A stretch of DNA of 64,000 nucleotides, from positions 160,001-224,000 of the forward strand of contig JBMNIF010000002.1 in the NCBI GenBank assembly GCA_050950765.1. The letters are read 5' to 3'. The notes under the pieces are model-generated. The model had not been told where the DNA came from and did no database searches. It saw only the letters and a list, made by a program, of their open reading frames with translations. Position 1 is the stretch's first letter. Every line of letters starts with the position of its first letter. A program made the translations under genes and the position numbers. Of the stretch, positions 28,609 through 39,086 are shown in pieces. Source of the stretch: Bdellovibrionota bacterium. GTDB taxonomy: Bacteria > Bdellovibrionota_C > UBA2361 > JAAYZI01.

Positions 28609-29253
28609 TTACTTCCCAGAGAACGCCTCAACCCTTTTAAGTGCAAAATCACGAACAGCGAGTTGCAGACCTTGTTCAAAAAGCGTTTCTGCGCTAACCC
28701 ACCCCTTTTCTCCGGAACGGCTCAACCTAAAAATATTTTCAGACAACGCTTTATCTTGAAAGTAATAATTTCCACGCCAAAGCTCTTTACCATCAGCCAC
28801 ACGGTAAACTGACATTAGAAATCCAACGCTAGCCCCTTCATCAGCCCCCACAGCGGAGCCTTTTCTTAAGTTATAATTATGCAGTCGTAGCACCAACATA
28901 CCATCAAGCTCCATCCTTGCGGATTCAGCTAGCCATTTAGCGTGCGGATACATACCGCTTTCAGCAATAATCTTTTTTGTATCCCTTACGGGAATAGCTT
29001 CGATACTCATCTCCGTCTTGATGGCATTAACCAACTTATCATACATCGCATCTTCGGAACCACTAATAGCCTCAGCAGCACCCTGCTCAACCACGAGAGG
29101 AGAAACAGACAACGAGTTAATCTCTCTCAACCCTTCCGCATTAAATACAGAGCTCTCGAAGCGTGGACGAATCGTTTTGCCAGGACCTCCCGTAACAGAA
29201 TATCCGCTACACCCGACACAAACTAATATAGGTAACAATATCCCGTATTTCAA
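28609..29253 (-). CDS. putative lipoprotein
   Basis: TTG start at 29253 after GAGGAGGGGG; lipobox-like LVCVG-C. Confidence 0.7.
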   Translation of the reverse strand: MKYGILLPILVCVGCSGYSVTGGPGKTIRPRFESSVFNAEGLREINSLSVSPLVVEQGAAEAISGSEDAMYDKLVNAIKTEMSIEAIPVRDTKKIIAESGMYPHAKWLAESARMELDGMLVLRLHNYNLRKGSAVGADEGASVGFLMSVYRVADGKELWRGNYYFQDKALSENIFRLSRSGEKGWVSAETLFEQGLQLAVRDFALKRVEAFSGK

Positions 29254-29565
29254 AGCCCCCTCCTCGATATCAATCACAAAAGCGCATTTCCTTACACCGT
29301 AAAAAGACACTCTTTTTATCAAAACACGCAACTTTATTCTTTTCAAGCATATAAATAGTACACCCACGAGATATTTATAGATAAAAGTATTATTTTTTCT
29401 CTTGCTTTTAATTGCATAACTCGCTTAAGTTTCACCTGCAAACTCTTTCAAGTGACATATAAAAAAATTATGTCGCTAGGGCTTGCTAACACACGAAAAT
29501 ATAGCTACCGTTATCAAAGTCTAATAATTAGATTGTGATTATATATAGCGAGGTTAAAGGTATTT

Positions 29566-30006
29566 ATGACTAACAGAGCTTCTGAAAAAATTATTGATGC
29601 GTTAACGCAGTTGATTGAAGGATACAATGAACTTCAAGAGTCCTTAGGGTATGATTTTGAAGGGCATGATGACGATGAAGATGGTGATATGGGTGATGAG
29701 AACATCAATCCAGAGTTAGAAGCCAGCATCGTTTCCGAGATGCATTCTGCTTTGGATGCTGTCATCGATTCCGAAGATGTTTCTGCTGAAGAAATTGCAA
29801 TGTTACTTTCTTCATTAACCGAAGCGTTGGAAGAGATCGATCCTTCCGTATTCGAACCTGATGAGGAAGATGACGAAGTTCACGCTTCTTATGATGAAGA
29901 TGATGATATGGATTACTTCGACGATGACGATGAAGAGCTTGATGATGATTTCGACGATGACGACGACGATTATGATGATGACGACGACGATGAAGAAGAA
30001 GATTAA
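29566..30006 (+). CDS. extremely acidic hypothetical protein
   Basis: 146 aa with a poly-Asp/Glu C-terminus and only two Lys/Arg; own terminator at 30038-30070. Confidence 0.8.
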   Translation: MTNRASEKIIDALTQLIEGYNELQESLGYDFEGHDDDEDGDMGDENINPELEASIVSEMHSALDAVIDSEDVSAEEIAMLLSSLTEALEEIDPSVFEPDEEDDEVHASYDEDDDMDYFDDDDEELDDDFDDDDDDYDDDDDDEEED

Positions 30007-30037
30007 GTAATTAGTTTTCGTCGTGCATTAGCTCACT

Positions 30038-30070
30038 AAAAAAGGGAGATCTTTTCAGTCTCCCTTTTTT
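30038..30070. terminator. bidirectional intrinsic terminator
   Basis: AAAAAAGGGAGA-loop-TCTCCCTTTTTT between convergent genes. Confidence 0.85.
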
Positions 30071-30265
30071 ATTCCGCTTGTTTTCTTCTCCACCTCATTA
30101 TCAGAAATAGGTGCTATTATATTTTTTATTTGGATCGTTTCTTCCCTAGACTTAACGATCTACCTCACATCAAGTCGTAGCCATCTACTACTTTTAGGGC
30201 AGTCTTTTCCTGCACTGTCAATTACTGACATCAAGATGGCTTTTATACACTCACCTTAAAATATC

Positions 30266-31483
30266 TTATTCAGCTGTTAATTTAAATTCAGACCAAGTGC
30301 CGAAACCGAATTTGGTGATAGCTTTTTCGATATCATCACGCGTTACAGATCTGATCTTTTTTATCGTTTCAGCCAAAGAATAAACTTTCTTTCTCGCTAA
30401 ATATGCCCTTCCCAGAGCATTCATCCTAGACATCGGCAACTCTCCGCCAAGTGCGGTCTTGGCTGCAAGTTTTGTTTTTGCACGTTGCAACTCATCATCT
30501 GAAAAATCTAACGGCTTTTCGAGAATGTTTTTTGCGATAGCTCCCACTCTATCAATATCTGAAGCAGCCATCGAACAATAAGCGTTAAACGTACCGACAT
30601 CATCTCGTTCATCCGTTTCACAACAAGCTGTCTCCGCTAGACCAGAATCAATTAACGCCCAATAAAATTTAGAACCGACACTATCCCCGAGAATCATTGA
30701 TAATATTGAGAGTGGATAGCGCTCTTCATCAGAAGCCGCTGCGCTACCCGTCATCAATAAAAGATGCGCCTGTGTAAGATCTTTCTTCTTATATTCAAAC
30801 GAAAGGGTTTGAGGGTGATGTGGTGCGCACTCTCTTGTGATATTAAACGGTTTCCACATTCCACAATATTTTTCAGCATCTGCAACAAGGTTATCCCAAT
30901 CAAAGGCACCAGCAGCAACCAGCACCATATTGTTCGGCGCATAACGTCTCTCGAAATAAGCTTGCATCTCATCACGCTGAATTGCAGAAATAGATTCAAC
31001 ACCGCCAAGAACTGAGTTACCTGCTGGGTGGTTGCCGAAATAATCTTTATTAGCACGCTCAAAAAGATAGAATTGCGGACGATCAAGATAAAGAGCTATC
31101 TCTTCTAAGATCACATTCTTCTCGGTATCAAACTCATGTTGATCCAGCGCAGGACGTAACATATCAGATAAGATCTCTTGAATCTGCGGAACGTACTCCG
31201 TAACAGCAGCTGCATAATACGCTGTGCACTCCTCTGAAGTGAAAGCATTCGATTTTGCCCCGACGTTACCCATAGCATAGGTAATATCTAAAGCTGAACG
31301 TTTCGCCGTCCCTTTAAACATCATATGCTCAAGAAAGTGCGAAATACCGGCTTCTTTAGGTGTTTCATCTCTAGCACCTGTTTTTACAAAAAACCCAATA
31401 GCGGCGCTTTTGTTGCCGGAGTTAACCTCTCCCAAGATCTGAAGTCCATTTGCTAGCTGCGTTTGTTTTATCTCATTACTCAC
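30266..31483 (-). CDS. M16 family zinc peptidase (catalytic subunit)
   Basis: GISHFLEHMMFKGT (HXXEH), NAFTS and ILEEI motifs. Confidence 0.93.
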   Translation of the reverse strand: MSNEIKQTQLANGLQILGEVNSGNKSAAIGFFVKTGARDETPKEAGISHFLEHMMFKGTAKRSALDITYAMGNVGAKSNAFTSEECTAYYAAAVTEYVPQIQEILSDMLRPALDQHEFDTEKNVILEEIALYLDRPQFYLFERANKDYFGNHPAGNSVLGGVESISAIQRDEMQAYFERRYAPNNMVLVAAGAFDWDNLVADAEKYCGMWKPFNITRECAPHHPQTLSFEYKKKDLTQAHLLLMTGSAAASDEERYPLSILSMILGDSVGSKFYWALIDSGLAETACCETDERDDVGTFNAYCSMAASDIDRVGAIAKNILEKPLDFSDDELQRAKTKLAAKTALGGELPMSRMNALGRAYLARKKVYSLAETIKKIRSVTRDDIEKAITKFGFGTWSEFKLTAE

Positions 31484-31506
31484 TTTTTATCTTTCCTCTT
31501 CTGATA

Positions 31507-32736
31507 TTAAAAAATATGATCAAGGCGACGAGACCCTAGCGTCAACACACTATAATCAGCTATCGGAAATCTCTCACAGTAATTATCAATATCGGCTAAG
31601 GTAACCTGATTATACGCTTGCGTTATCTCTTCTCGCGATCGAACTCGCTTAATAATCCACCAATCAGAAGCGTATGAAGAAGCTCTAGCAGGAATGGATT
31701 CTTCTCCAATCACATAACCCGCTAAGATATTAGCTTTCGCTCTATCAAGCTCCTCCTGTGTAACAGTGCCTTTTAAACCTTTCATCTCACGCAACATCAC
31801 CTCTAAAGTTTTATCCGCACGCTCCGGCACCGTTCCGGCATAAGCTGAAAGGGTTCCGTACTCTTTTGTTGCTGAATGTCCCGCATAGACGCTATAACAC
31901 AAACCTAACTTCTCTCTGACCTCTACAAATAATCTTCCAAACATTCCGCCTGATAAAATTCCTGAAGCGACCTTTGCGGCATAATAATTCTCATCACAAA
32001 ACGGAGCAGAAGGGGAGGCAAACGTTATCTGCAATTGAGCGGAGTCGCTTTCAATATGATGATACGCCCCTTTAGCAGGTGTACCGAACGGGATCTTTTG
32101 TACACAACTTCCCTGCCAAGCACCGAAATAACGGTGTACCAACGTTTCAACTTCCGCACACTTAACATTACCTACTATTGATAAGACAGCACCGCGCGGA
32201 TGATATTTTTCCTGCCATTCAGCCTTAAGTATTTCAAGTGTAGTATTTTTCAAACCTGTTAAGGTGCCGAGAGTAGACCTGCCGTACGGTGTAGGATAAT
32301 ATTTCTCTCTAAGCTTTATCATCGCCTTATTAGCAGGATTATCTTCAAGAGAACGGATATCTTGAGAAAAGAGATCTGCGATACTTTCTATTTCATCTAC
32401 TGGTAAGCGCGGCTCTAACACCATAAGAGAGACGAGCTCTAAAACTTCCGACAACTCATCTGCTAAAAGAAAGCCACTATATAAAAAGCTATCACTACCT
32501 ATTGTTTCACTATGCCGCACCCCTAAAGCATCAAAACGTTCGGAAAGCGCTCTGGAATCGTACCCCCCTGCTCCTCTCGAAGTTAGTTCAGCCAGAATTA
32601 GACTAGCACCGAGAGTTTCTTCTGCATCATGAACGACTCCTCCAGGGATCATCAAACTATACGCCACTGAAGAGACGTGCGGCACCTCTTCAACTATTAA
32701 CGTCAATCCGTTAGGCAGTTCAGAAATTCTTACCAT
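31507..32736 (-). CDS. M16 family peptidase, non-catalytic partner subunit
   Basis: M16 C-terminal motif LSGGMFGRLFVEVREKLGLCY; HXXEH replaced by ASLILAEL; tandem with the active paralog. Confidence 0.88.
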   Translation of the reverse strand: MVRISELPNGLTLIVEEVPHVSSVAYSLMIPGGVVHDAEETLGASLILAELTSRGAGGYDSRALSERFDALGVRHSETIGSDSFLYSGFLLADELSEVLELVSLMVLEPRLPVDEIESIADLFSQDIRSLEDNPANKAMIKLREKYYPTPYGRSTLGTLTGLKNTTLEILKAEWQEKYHPRGAVLSIVGNVKCAEVETLVHRYFGAWQGSCVQKIPFGTPAKGAYHHIESDSAQLQITFASPSAPFCDENYYAAKVASGILSGGMFGRLFVEVREKLGLCYSVYAGHSATKEYGTLSAYAGTVPERADKTLEVMLREMKGLKGTVTQEELDRAKANILAGYVIGEESIPARASSYASDWWIIKRVRSREEITQAYNQVTLADIDNYCERFPIADYSVLTLGSRRLDHIF

Positions 32737-32849
32737 TATACTTTTTTACTCCTTAGTTTACTCCTTGGGGAAATTCATTGTGTATTTAAAATAACACCCA
32801 ACAACGTTTAGAAATTCTTACCATTACACCTATCTACTCTCTCTCATTT

Positions 32850-34151
32850 TTAATTTTTAGCAAAGACTATATCTTGCAACGTCACATCCTTTTCTGTCTT
32901 TCCTGCAAAAGCGTAAAACGCTGATCCGATTTCGACAGGATAACGCATAGCTGCGCCCTCGCCAAAAAGGATAGTTTTAATCTCACTAAGTAATATCTTC
33001 TCTGGATTACGCATTAAGGTGATGCGTTTATCGCCGATATCACTGCAAGAGATAATTCCAGCATGTTCTAACTTATAAAAAGTCGGCTTCAACATAAGCG
33101 AACTACACCCCAACTTATCTGAAATCTCTACGTAATTGGGCATTTTTTCACCGTTTAAGAAACTTCTACAAATAATCACCAGCGCTTGCATAGCGAGCAC
33201 GATCTGACCATCACCCATGCTATAAATAGACCTCTTCCACGCTTTACCTTTTAACGGCAGATATTGCGCTTGATACGTCACCTCCGCCCCAAGTAAGACG
33301 ATAGTCCAAAAGATATATAGCCAGAATAAAAAGATGGGGATGGCGGCTATTGCGCCGTACAACTTTTCATAGGAAGCGTTTTTCTCAATATAGATAGCGA
33401 AAGCCCAATAGGCACAGACAAAGACAAGCGATGTAAAGAGTGCTCCGAACACGACTGCGCTAAACTTAACTGAAGCTTTCGGGATCATATAATACAAGCA
33501 AGCAAACGCTGCAAACATCAATAAAAACGGCACTAAATAGTTATAAAGGGGGTGTACAATGGAGTGCAACGATTGTGCTCCGAATTTTTCAAGTAGCGGC
33601 TCAATCCTGAGTGTGACAAAAACATAAACGGAAAGGATTAAAATCGGAGTAATTAAGATTATTGAGCTGAACGCTCCTATCTTATGAGACCATGAACGTG
33701 CTTCAAAAACCTGCCATGTTTCATTGATGGCGTTTTCGATGGTGTTAATTAACAAGATCGAAGAAACTATAAAAAATACCAACATCGGTAGATTGAGGGC
33801 AGAAACGTTAACCCTGACATTTTGCAAAAACTCATTTAATTGTATACCCACTCCGTCAGCGGGTACAAAATTTCTAATAATAAACTCTTCTACAACCGCC
33901 ACATACTCCTCAGATAAGGCAAAAGAGGCTAAAATTCCGAAAATCAACGTTATAAAAGGGACTAAGGAAAATAACGAGGTATAGGCAAGTGAGGCTGCCT
34001 TAGAAAAACCGTTATCCCAATAGAACCTATCAGCGGCTGAAGATATAACTCTAAAGACCCAGCGCATACCGGTCACAGCTCGTGAAAACACCGTATCTTC
34101 ACCACTTTTATCCTCTTTTTTTGGCGTTTTAGTAACTTTCTTAAATAACAT
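32850..34151 (-). CDS. YihY/BrkB family membrane protein with a C-terminal winged-helix-like domain
   Basis: AASLAYTSLFSLVP, IENAINETW and YEKLYGAIAAIPIFLFWLY...LLGAE motifs; AGGAGG before ATG 34151. Confidence 0.9.
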   Translation of the reverse strand: MLFKKVTKTPKKEDKSGEDTVFSRAVTGMRWVFRVISSAADRFYWDNGFSKAASLAYTSLFSLVPFITLIFGILASFALSEEYVAVVEEFIIRNFVPADGVGIQLNEFLQNVRVNVSALNLPMLVFFIVSSILLINTIENAINETWQVFEARSWSHKIGAFSSIILITPILILSVYVFVTLRIEPLLEKFGAQSLHSIVHPLYNYLVPFLLMFAAFACLYYMIPKASVKFSAVVFGALFTSLVFVCAYWAFAIYIEKNASYEKLYGAIAAIPIFLFWLYIFWTIVLLGAEVTYQAQYLPLKGKAWKRSIYSMGDGQIVLAMQALVIICRSFLNGEKMPNYVEISDKLGCSSLMLKPTFYKLEHAGIISCSDIGDKRITLMRNPEKILLSEIKTILFGEGAAMRYPVEIGSAFYAFAGKTEKDVTLQDIVFAKN

Positions 34152-34361
34152 CTCGGTGTTCCTCCTTTTAATTTTACCTGCGGTGTTAGACTTACATGCG
34201 ATACGGGTAATAGCACACTTTTTTAGATCACGACCATGCACATTCTCAGATATGTTAAAAATATACCTATCCCCCTAAATTAAATAATTTTTCTATTTTT
34301 TTTGAAAAAAATAAAAAAATCCTTTGTCTATTACAGCATCATACATATAATGGTGGGTGCT

Positions 34362-34658
34362 ATGGAAATTACATGTAAGAGCTGCGGCAAATCATTCAGT
34401 ATAAAGGATTCAGGAGTTTCAATGCGTGAAGAGTGTCCGCATTGTGGTGCTGACATTCACGCCTGTATTTACTGTAAATTTTATAGTGAGTCTGCCTATA
34501 ATAAGTGTAGAGAGCCGCAAGCAGAACGTGTTGTTGATAAATCGCGTAACAACTACTGTGATTACTTCGAGTTTTCTAACGATTCCGACACCATCGGTTT
34601 GGGAAGCAAGATAAATAAAGCAGACTACCTAAAGCAACTCGACAGCCTCTTTAAATAA
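34362..34658 (+). CDS. small Cys-rich zinc-binding protein
   Basis: CKSC, CPHC, CIYC, C...NYCDYF pattern. Confidence 0.75.
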   Translation: MEITCKSCGKSFSIKDSGVSMREECPHCGADIHACIYCKFYSESAYNKCREPQAERVVDKSRNNYCDYFEFSNDSDTIGLGSKINKADYLKQLDSLFK

Positions 34659-34669
34659 TAGAAAATCTA

Positions 34670-34831
34670 AATCTAGTGCCACCCTTTAGGAACGATTGAA
34701 CGGGCTGATACTACAGAACGAAGTCAGCTAGGTTTTTACGGAGGTAAAAAAACCGCCCTTTAGGGACAACAGAACGGGCTGCAACTGCAGAACGAAGTCG
34801 GCTAGGTTTCTACGGAGGTAAAAAATTTGGA
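34670..34831 (+). repeat. array 5 of the repeat family: 2 module-A units
   Basis: AGTGCCACCCTTTAGGAACGATTGAACGGGCTG... twice, ending GGTAAAAAATTTGG. Confidence 0.9.
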
Positions 34832-34939
34832 TTAAATATTATAAAAGGAGTGAGTGGCGATAGTATCGCAGTAAAACCATTCTAGGATTAACCTCGTGGG
34901 TAGTAGTAGGTTTCATTCACTCATCCTTAAAGAGCCTTA

Positions 34940-34968
34940 CTCGGGCAGATTTGTAAAACCTGCCCGAG
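34940..34968. terminator. hairpin downstream of 35002..35382
   Basis: CTCGGGCAG-loop-CTGCCCGAG perfect 9-bp stem. Confidence 0.65.
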
Positions 34969-35001
34969 ATTGACGGCGCTTAATCCTTAAGACACCTAAA
35001 T

Positions 35002-35382
35002 CTAAGGTAGGCTCAGGATCTGTCTCACTGTCGTCAAGGTCGTATCCTTGACGAAAAGAGAATACGCCTTGCGAAGTTCAGGCAAAATGTCTTCGGAGCA
35101 CCAGGGGTCCCATAATTTCAATTCAAGAACAATGCCGCCAAGTCCATTGTAGAAATCGATCGTTTTATTCTCTTTATCGAAGATAAACTTGCTCGCGGGG
35201 ATCGAGTCAATCCATACTTTTTCCTGGCTCCAGCAGTGCAGACGGATTTGAAGGATACCATCCTTACGATAGAAAACTTCCCTGAATTCGAATTCGACGT
35301 TTGGGTTCCACTTTTTCAGTCGAGCCAACTCCATCTCCAGTAAGTCCCAAAGGAACTGTCTGAACGCGCAGAATAACGACAT
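35002..35382 (-). CDS. hypothetical protein (orphan, 126 aa)
   Basis: TAAGGAG RBS before ATG 35382; followed by a hairpin; no family recognised. Confidence 0.7.
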   Translation of the reverse strand: MSLFCAFRQFLWDLLEMELARLKKWNPNVEFEFREVFYRKDGILQIRLHCWSQEKVWIDSIPASKFIFDKENKTIDFYNGLGGIVLELKLWDPWCSEDILPELRKAYSLFVKDTTLTTVRQILSLP

Positions 35383-35432
35383 AGCTATTCTCCTTATAGT
35401 AAGGAAGTGATATGAAAATCTACTACAATAGA

Positions 35433-35474
35433 TTTCCAAAGAAACCTGCTACTTATAATAGATTTTCAAAGAAC
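35433..35474 (-). promoter_or_regulatory. tandem boxA-like motifs in the leader of 35002..35382
   Basis: Minus strand GTTCTTTGAAAATCTA and TTTCTTTGGAAATCTA, part of a ~30-bp direct duplication. Confidence 0.4.
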
Positions 35475-35577
35475 GTTGGTGCGAGATAAGCTGCACAAAT
35501 TGTGCGGCACCGATTATCATCGCCACTCGTATAACGAATCGTAAAGTGATTATATTTTGATTCAGATAAGATTAGGA

Positions 35578-36000
35578 GGAACGATTGCCCTTCAGGTAAA
35601 AAATTTGGTGCCACCCTTTAGGGCTGCTAATGCCCTAAAATTAGAATAGCTAATAATATTAAGATGTTAGTAAGAGTTAGTATTTGGCAGCTTTAGTGCC
35701 GCCCACTAAGGACAACAGAACGGGCTGCAACTACAGAACGAAGTCAGCTAGGTTTTGACGGAGGTTAAAAAAACCACCCTTTAGGGACAACAGAACGGGC
35801 TGCAACTACAGAACGAAGTCAGCTAGGTTTTGACGGAGGTAAAAAAACCACCCTTTAGGGATGATTGAGCGGGCACAACTAAAAAACAAAATCAGCTAGA
35901 TCTCTACGGAGGTAAAAAATTTGGTGCCACCCTTCAGGGCTGATTGAGCGGGCTGATACTAAAAAGTGGAATTAGCTAGATCTTTACGGAGGTTAAAAAG
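35578..36000 (+). repeat. array 6 of the repeat family: one module-C unit and 4 module-A units
   Basis: Perfect cores at 35607 and 35923, variant AGTGCCGCCC at 35695; two A units almost identical (GGACAACAGAACGGGCTGCAACTACAGAACGAAGTCAGCTAGGTTTTGACGGAGGT). Confidence 0.93.
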
Positions 36001-36011
36001 TGCAACTTTAC

Positions 36012-37322
36012 TTAGTCACCCTTCTCTGTTTTACTTCCACGCCAGTAGCGTAAGCGCTCGCCGATCATCTTTTCGTATCCGCGATCTGTCGGCTCATAAA
36101 AACGCAACTTGGCAAACTTTTCCGGAAGATATGTAACACCCCTAGCATAGCCGTCCTTTTCATCGTGCGGATACTGATACCCTTCTGAATACCCGATCTC
36201 TTTCATCAGTTTTGTCGGTGCATTTCTAAGATGAAGTGGCACATCTATCTTTGATTCATGCTTAATCACGTCACAAACTTTAATCATCGCTAGATAGCTG
36301 CGATTAGATTTAGGGGCACAAGCTAGATACGTTACGCATTGCGCAATAACCTCACGCCCCTCCGGCATACCCAACTTTTCAAAAGCATCAAACGTAGCCA
36401 CCGCCACCTGCAACGCCCTTGGATCGGCATTACCGATATCCTCACTGGCAAAAACCACCATCCTGCGAATCAGAAAACGCGGGTCTTCTCCAGCTTGCAA
36501 CATCCAGAAAGCATAAAAAAGCGCCGCATCAGGGTCTGAACCACGCAAACTCTTAATAAATGCCGAGATAGTGTTGTAGTGTTCTTCACCTGCACGATCG
36601 TAAAATTTACTTCCAGCTTCATGTAAAAACTTTCGTATTATTTCAGCGGATACAACACCTTTAATTTTCGGATTAGCCTCTTTAAAGCCCTCTATAAAGT
36701 TCAGCAACCTTCTGGCATCACCACCAACAACAGTGCTGAAGATGTTTAGAGCCTCTTCTGAAAATTGGATCTGCACCTCTCTTGCTGCATTAAGGGCGAT
36801 CCGTTTTAAAGATTCCTCTGTAAGTGCGGGGAACGTCAAAACCTTCATGCGTGAACGTAGCGCCCCTGTCAGATAAAACGACGGATTTTCAGTAGTAGCA
36901 CCGATTAAGATTATTGTGCCTTTTTCAATATGCGGTAAAAACGCATCTTGCTGCCCTTTATTAAAGCGATGAATTTCATCAACAAAGAGGATGGTTCGTT
37001 TTTTTGATGATTGCGCCGTTGCTACAATTTCACGCACCTCTTTAACACCACCAAGAACGGCAGAGAACTCAACGAAATTACAGTCGTAAGACCTCCCTAC
37101 CAACTTAGCGAAGGTGGTTTTACCACACCCAGGGGGACCCCATAAGACCAAAGAAGGCGGATTCCCTCGTCCTGACTTTAACTGCGTAAGTAAATTTCTA
37201 TCGATCCCCTCCAACCCCTGAAAATCATCCCATGTATGCGGACGCAACTTATCGGCTAAAGGTTGATACACCCTCGATTCCGATTGATTATCGTCAGTAA
37301 AAAGGCTTAACGTTTCAGTCAT
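36012..37322 (-). CDS. rarA: replication-associated recombination protein A (MgsA/RarA)
   Basis: PLADKLRP, GPPGCGKTT, FVDEIHRFNKGQQD, GATTENPSF, ISAFIKSLRGSDPDA and ASEDIGNADP motifs. Confidence 0.96.
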   Translation of the reverse strand: MTETLSLFTDDNQSESRVYQPLADKLRPHTWDDFQGLEGIDRNLLTQLKSGRGNPPSLVLWGPPGCGKTTFAKLVGRSYDCNFVEFSAVLGGVKEVREIVATAQSSKKRTILFVDEIHRFNKGQQDAFLPHIEKGTIILIGATTENPSFYLTGALRSRMKVLTFPALTEESLKRIALNAAREVQIQFSEEALNIFSTVVGGDARRLLNFIEGFKEANPKIKGVVSAEIIRKFLHEAGSKFYDRAGEEHYNTISAFIKSLRGSDPDAALFYAFWMLQAGEDPRFLIRRMVVFASEDIGNADPRALQVAVATFDAFEKLGMPEGREVIAQCVTYLACAPKSNRSYLAMIKVCDVIKHESKIDVPLHLRNAPTKLMKEIGYSEGYQYPHDEKDGYARGVTYLPEKFAKLRFYEPTDRGYEKMIGERLRYWRGSKTEKGD

Positions 37323-37343
37323 GATCGTTTTTCACTAAAAGTC

Positions 37344-38720
37344 CTACACCGTCGGTTCTGAAAATCGTGATAAGATCCTCACAGAGTACTCAAACCCCCA
37401 GCGTAACTGTCTTAAAGAGAAAGATTCATTAGGCGCATGAATATTATCTTCCTCCAAACCAAAACCAACCAATAAAGGCACGGCACCCGTAGTCTGTACC
37501 AAATCCGTGATAATTGGAATGCTGGCTCCTTCCCACTCTGCAACGGGCTCTCTACCGAAGATCTCTTCTAAGATCTCCCACGCATCTTGCACTACTTTTG
37601 CGTCCTGCAAGCACTGCACAGCTTTACTGCCGTGCTCAAACTGTTTAACACTTAAAGTAAAACCTTCCGGAGTGTGATCCTTTAAATACTTCTCAATGCA
37701 GCTGAACACCGCCGCTGGATCTTGCTGCGGCACCAAACGCGCACTTAACTTCGCCTTTGCAGCAGCCGGAATGATCGTTTTTATCCCTTCACCTTGATAG
37801 CCAGCACTAATCCCAACGATATCTAAACTCGGACGCACACCGTTACGAACTTTCGGTGGAAACCTAAGCTCCCCACCAAGTGGCGGAAGACCCGTCTCTT
37901 TTTGATACTCTTCAGCATCAAACGGACTTTTTGCAATCATATCAAGTAGTTCCTGAGTCGGCTCTTCAACATCAGCATAAAATCCAGGCACAGCGATACT
38001 ACCATCTGCATTAAATAATCTCGCTAAAAGCTTAGCTAACTCTGTTGCAGGATTTTTTACAATTCCACCGTGAACCCCCGAATGCAGATCTCTTTTTAAG
38101 CCACCAAGATTCACCTCAAAAGCGATAAGTCCACGCAGCCCCACTACAACAGCAGGCACCTCTTCAGAAGCTAAACTTGTATCCATCGCCATTAACACAT
38201 CTGCTTGCAACCACTCCTTCCACTCTGGAAGAGAGGTCTGCAATCCGCCGCTACCACTCTCTTCTTCGCCTTCTAATAAAATAGTCAACGAGCATTTCAG
38301 TTTTTCAGCGGCGATCATCGCTCCCACTGCATGAATAAATGCGGTAACCTGCCCCTTATCATCATGAGCACCCCGTGCATAGATCCTATCCCCTCTCTGA
38401 ATCGGTTCAAACGGATCACTATGCCACTCTTCCAATGGATCGGCAGGTTGCACATCGTAATGTCCGTAAAATATAACGTGCGGTCTATCAGGCTCTCCTT
38501 TAAAAGTGCCGCAAGCAACAGGATGACCTGAAGTTTCAAGGAGACTCGTTGTTAACCCTATCTCCTGCAACCTTTTGCAAAGCCATTCTGCACACGCTCT
38601 ACAATCCTCAGCGTGTTCCGGCTGTACCCCGATAGTTGGAAAACGCAAAAACTCATTCAAAAATTGCACCAACTGATCCTCTGTCTCAGAAAAAGTCAAC
38701 TCAATCTCTTCTTTCTTCAT
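37344..38720 (-). CDS. M20/M25/M40 family metallo-dipeptidase
   Basis: YGHYDVQP, ARGAHDDKGQ, EGEEESGS, DLHSG and HAPNE motifs. Confidence 0.92.
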   Translation of the reverse strand: MKKEEIELTFSETEDQLVQFLNEFLRFPTIGVQPEHAEDCRACAEWLCKRLQEIGLTTSLLETSGHPVACGTFKGEPDRPHVIFYGHYDVQPADPLEEWHSDPFEPIQRGDRIYARGAHDDKGQVTAFIHAVGAMIAAEKLKCSLTILLEGEEESGSGGLQTSLPEWKEWLQADVLMAMDTSLASEEVPAVVVGLRGLIAFEVNLGGLKRDLHSGVHGGIVKNPATELAKLLARLFNADGSIAVPGFYADVEEPTQELLDMIAKSPFDAEEYQKETGLPPLGGELRFPPKVRNGVRPSLDIVGISAGYQGEGIKTIIPAAAKAKLSARLVPQQDPAAVFSCIEKYLKDHTPEGFTLSVKQFEHGSKAVQCLQDAKVVQDAWEILEEIFGREPVAEWEGASIPIITDLVQTTGAVPLLVGFGLEEDNIHAPNESFSLRQLRWGFEYSVRILSRFSEPTV

Positions 38721-39086
38721 AGCTCTCCATCAAGTACACAATATTTCTGCTTTATCCTCCGATTAGGAACAAAAAACACCTTTTGCGCAAGCCTTTTTTA
38801 ATATGACTCCTTGCACTCTTAACTTTAGCAAGCGATACTATACCCACTTCAAAGCTTGTTTTTACGTCAGAATCAAAAGGATCTCTCCTTTACTCTCCGT
38901 CGTGCACAATAAGGATGCTTCAACAGGGGGTAAAAAAGATGAGTTGTGAACGACGTAAGAATAGTGATGAGATGTTTTTTATGTTGCAAAACAACAGCTG
39001 CGTTGTAACAATTTTTCCTCTCGAATGAGAGACGATAAATTGTTACAGTGGGAAAAATAGTTTTATAATCAACGGAATCGATAACA

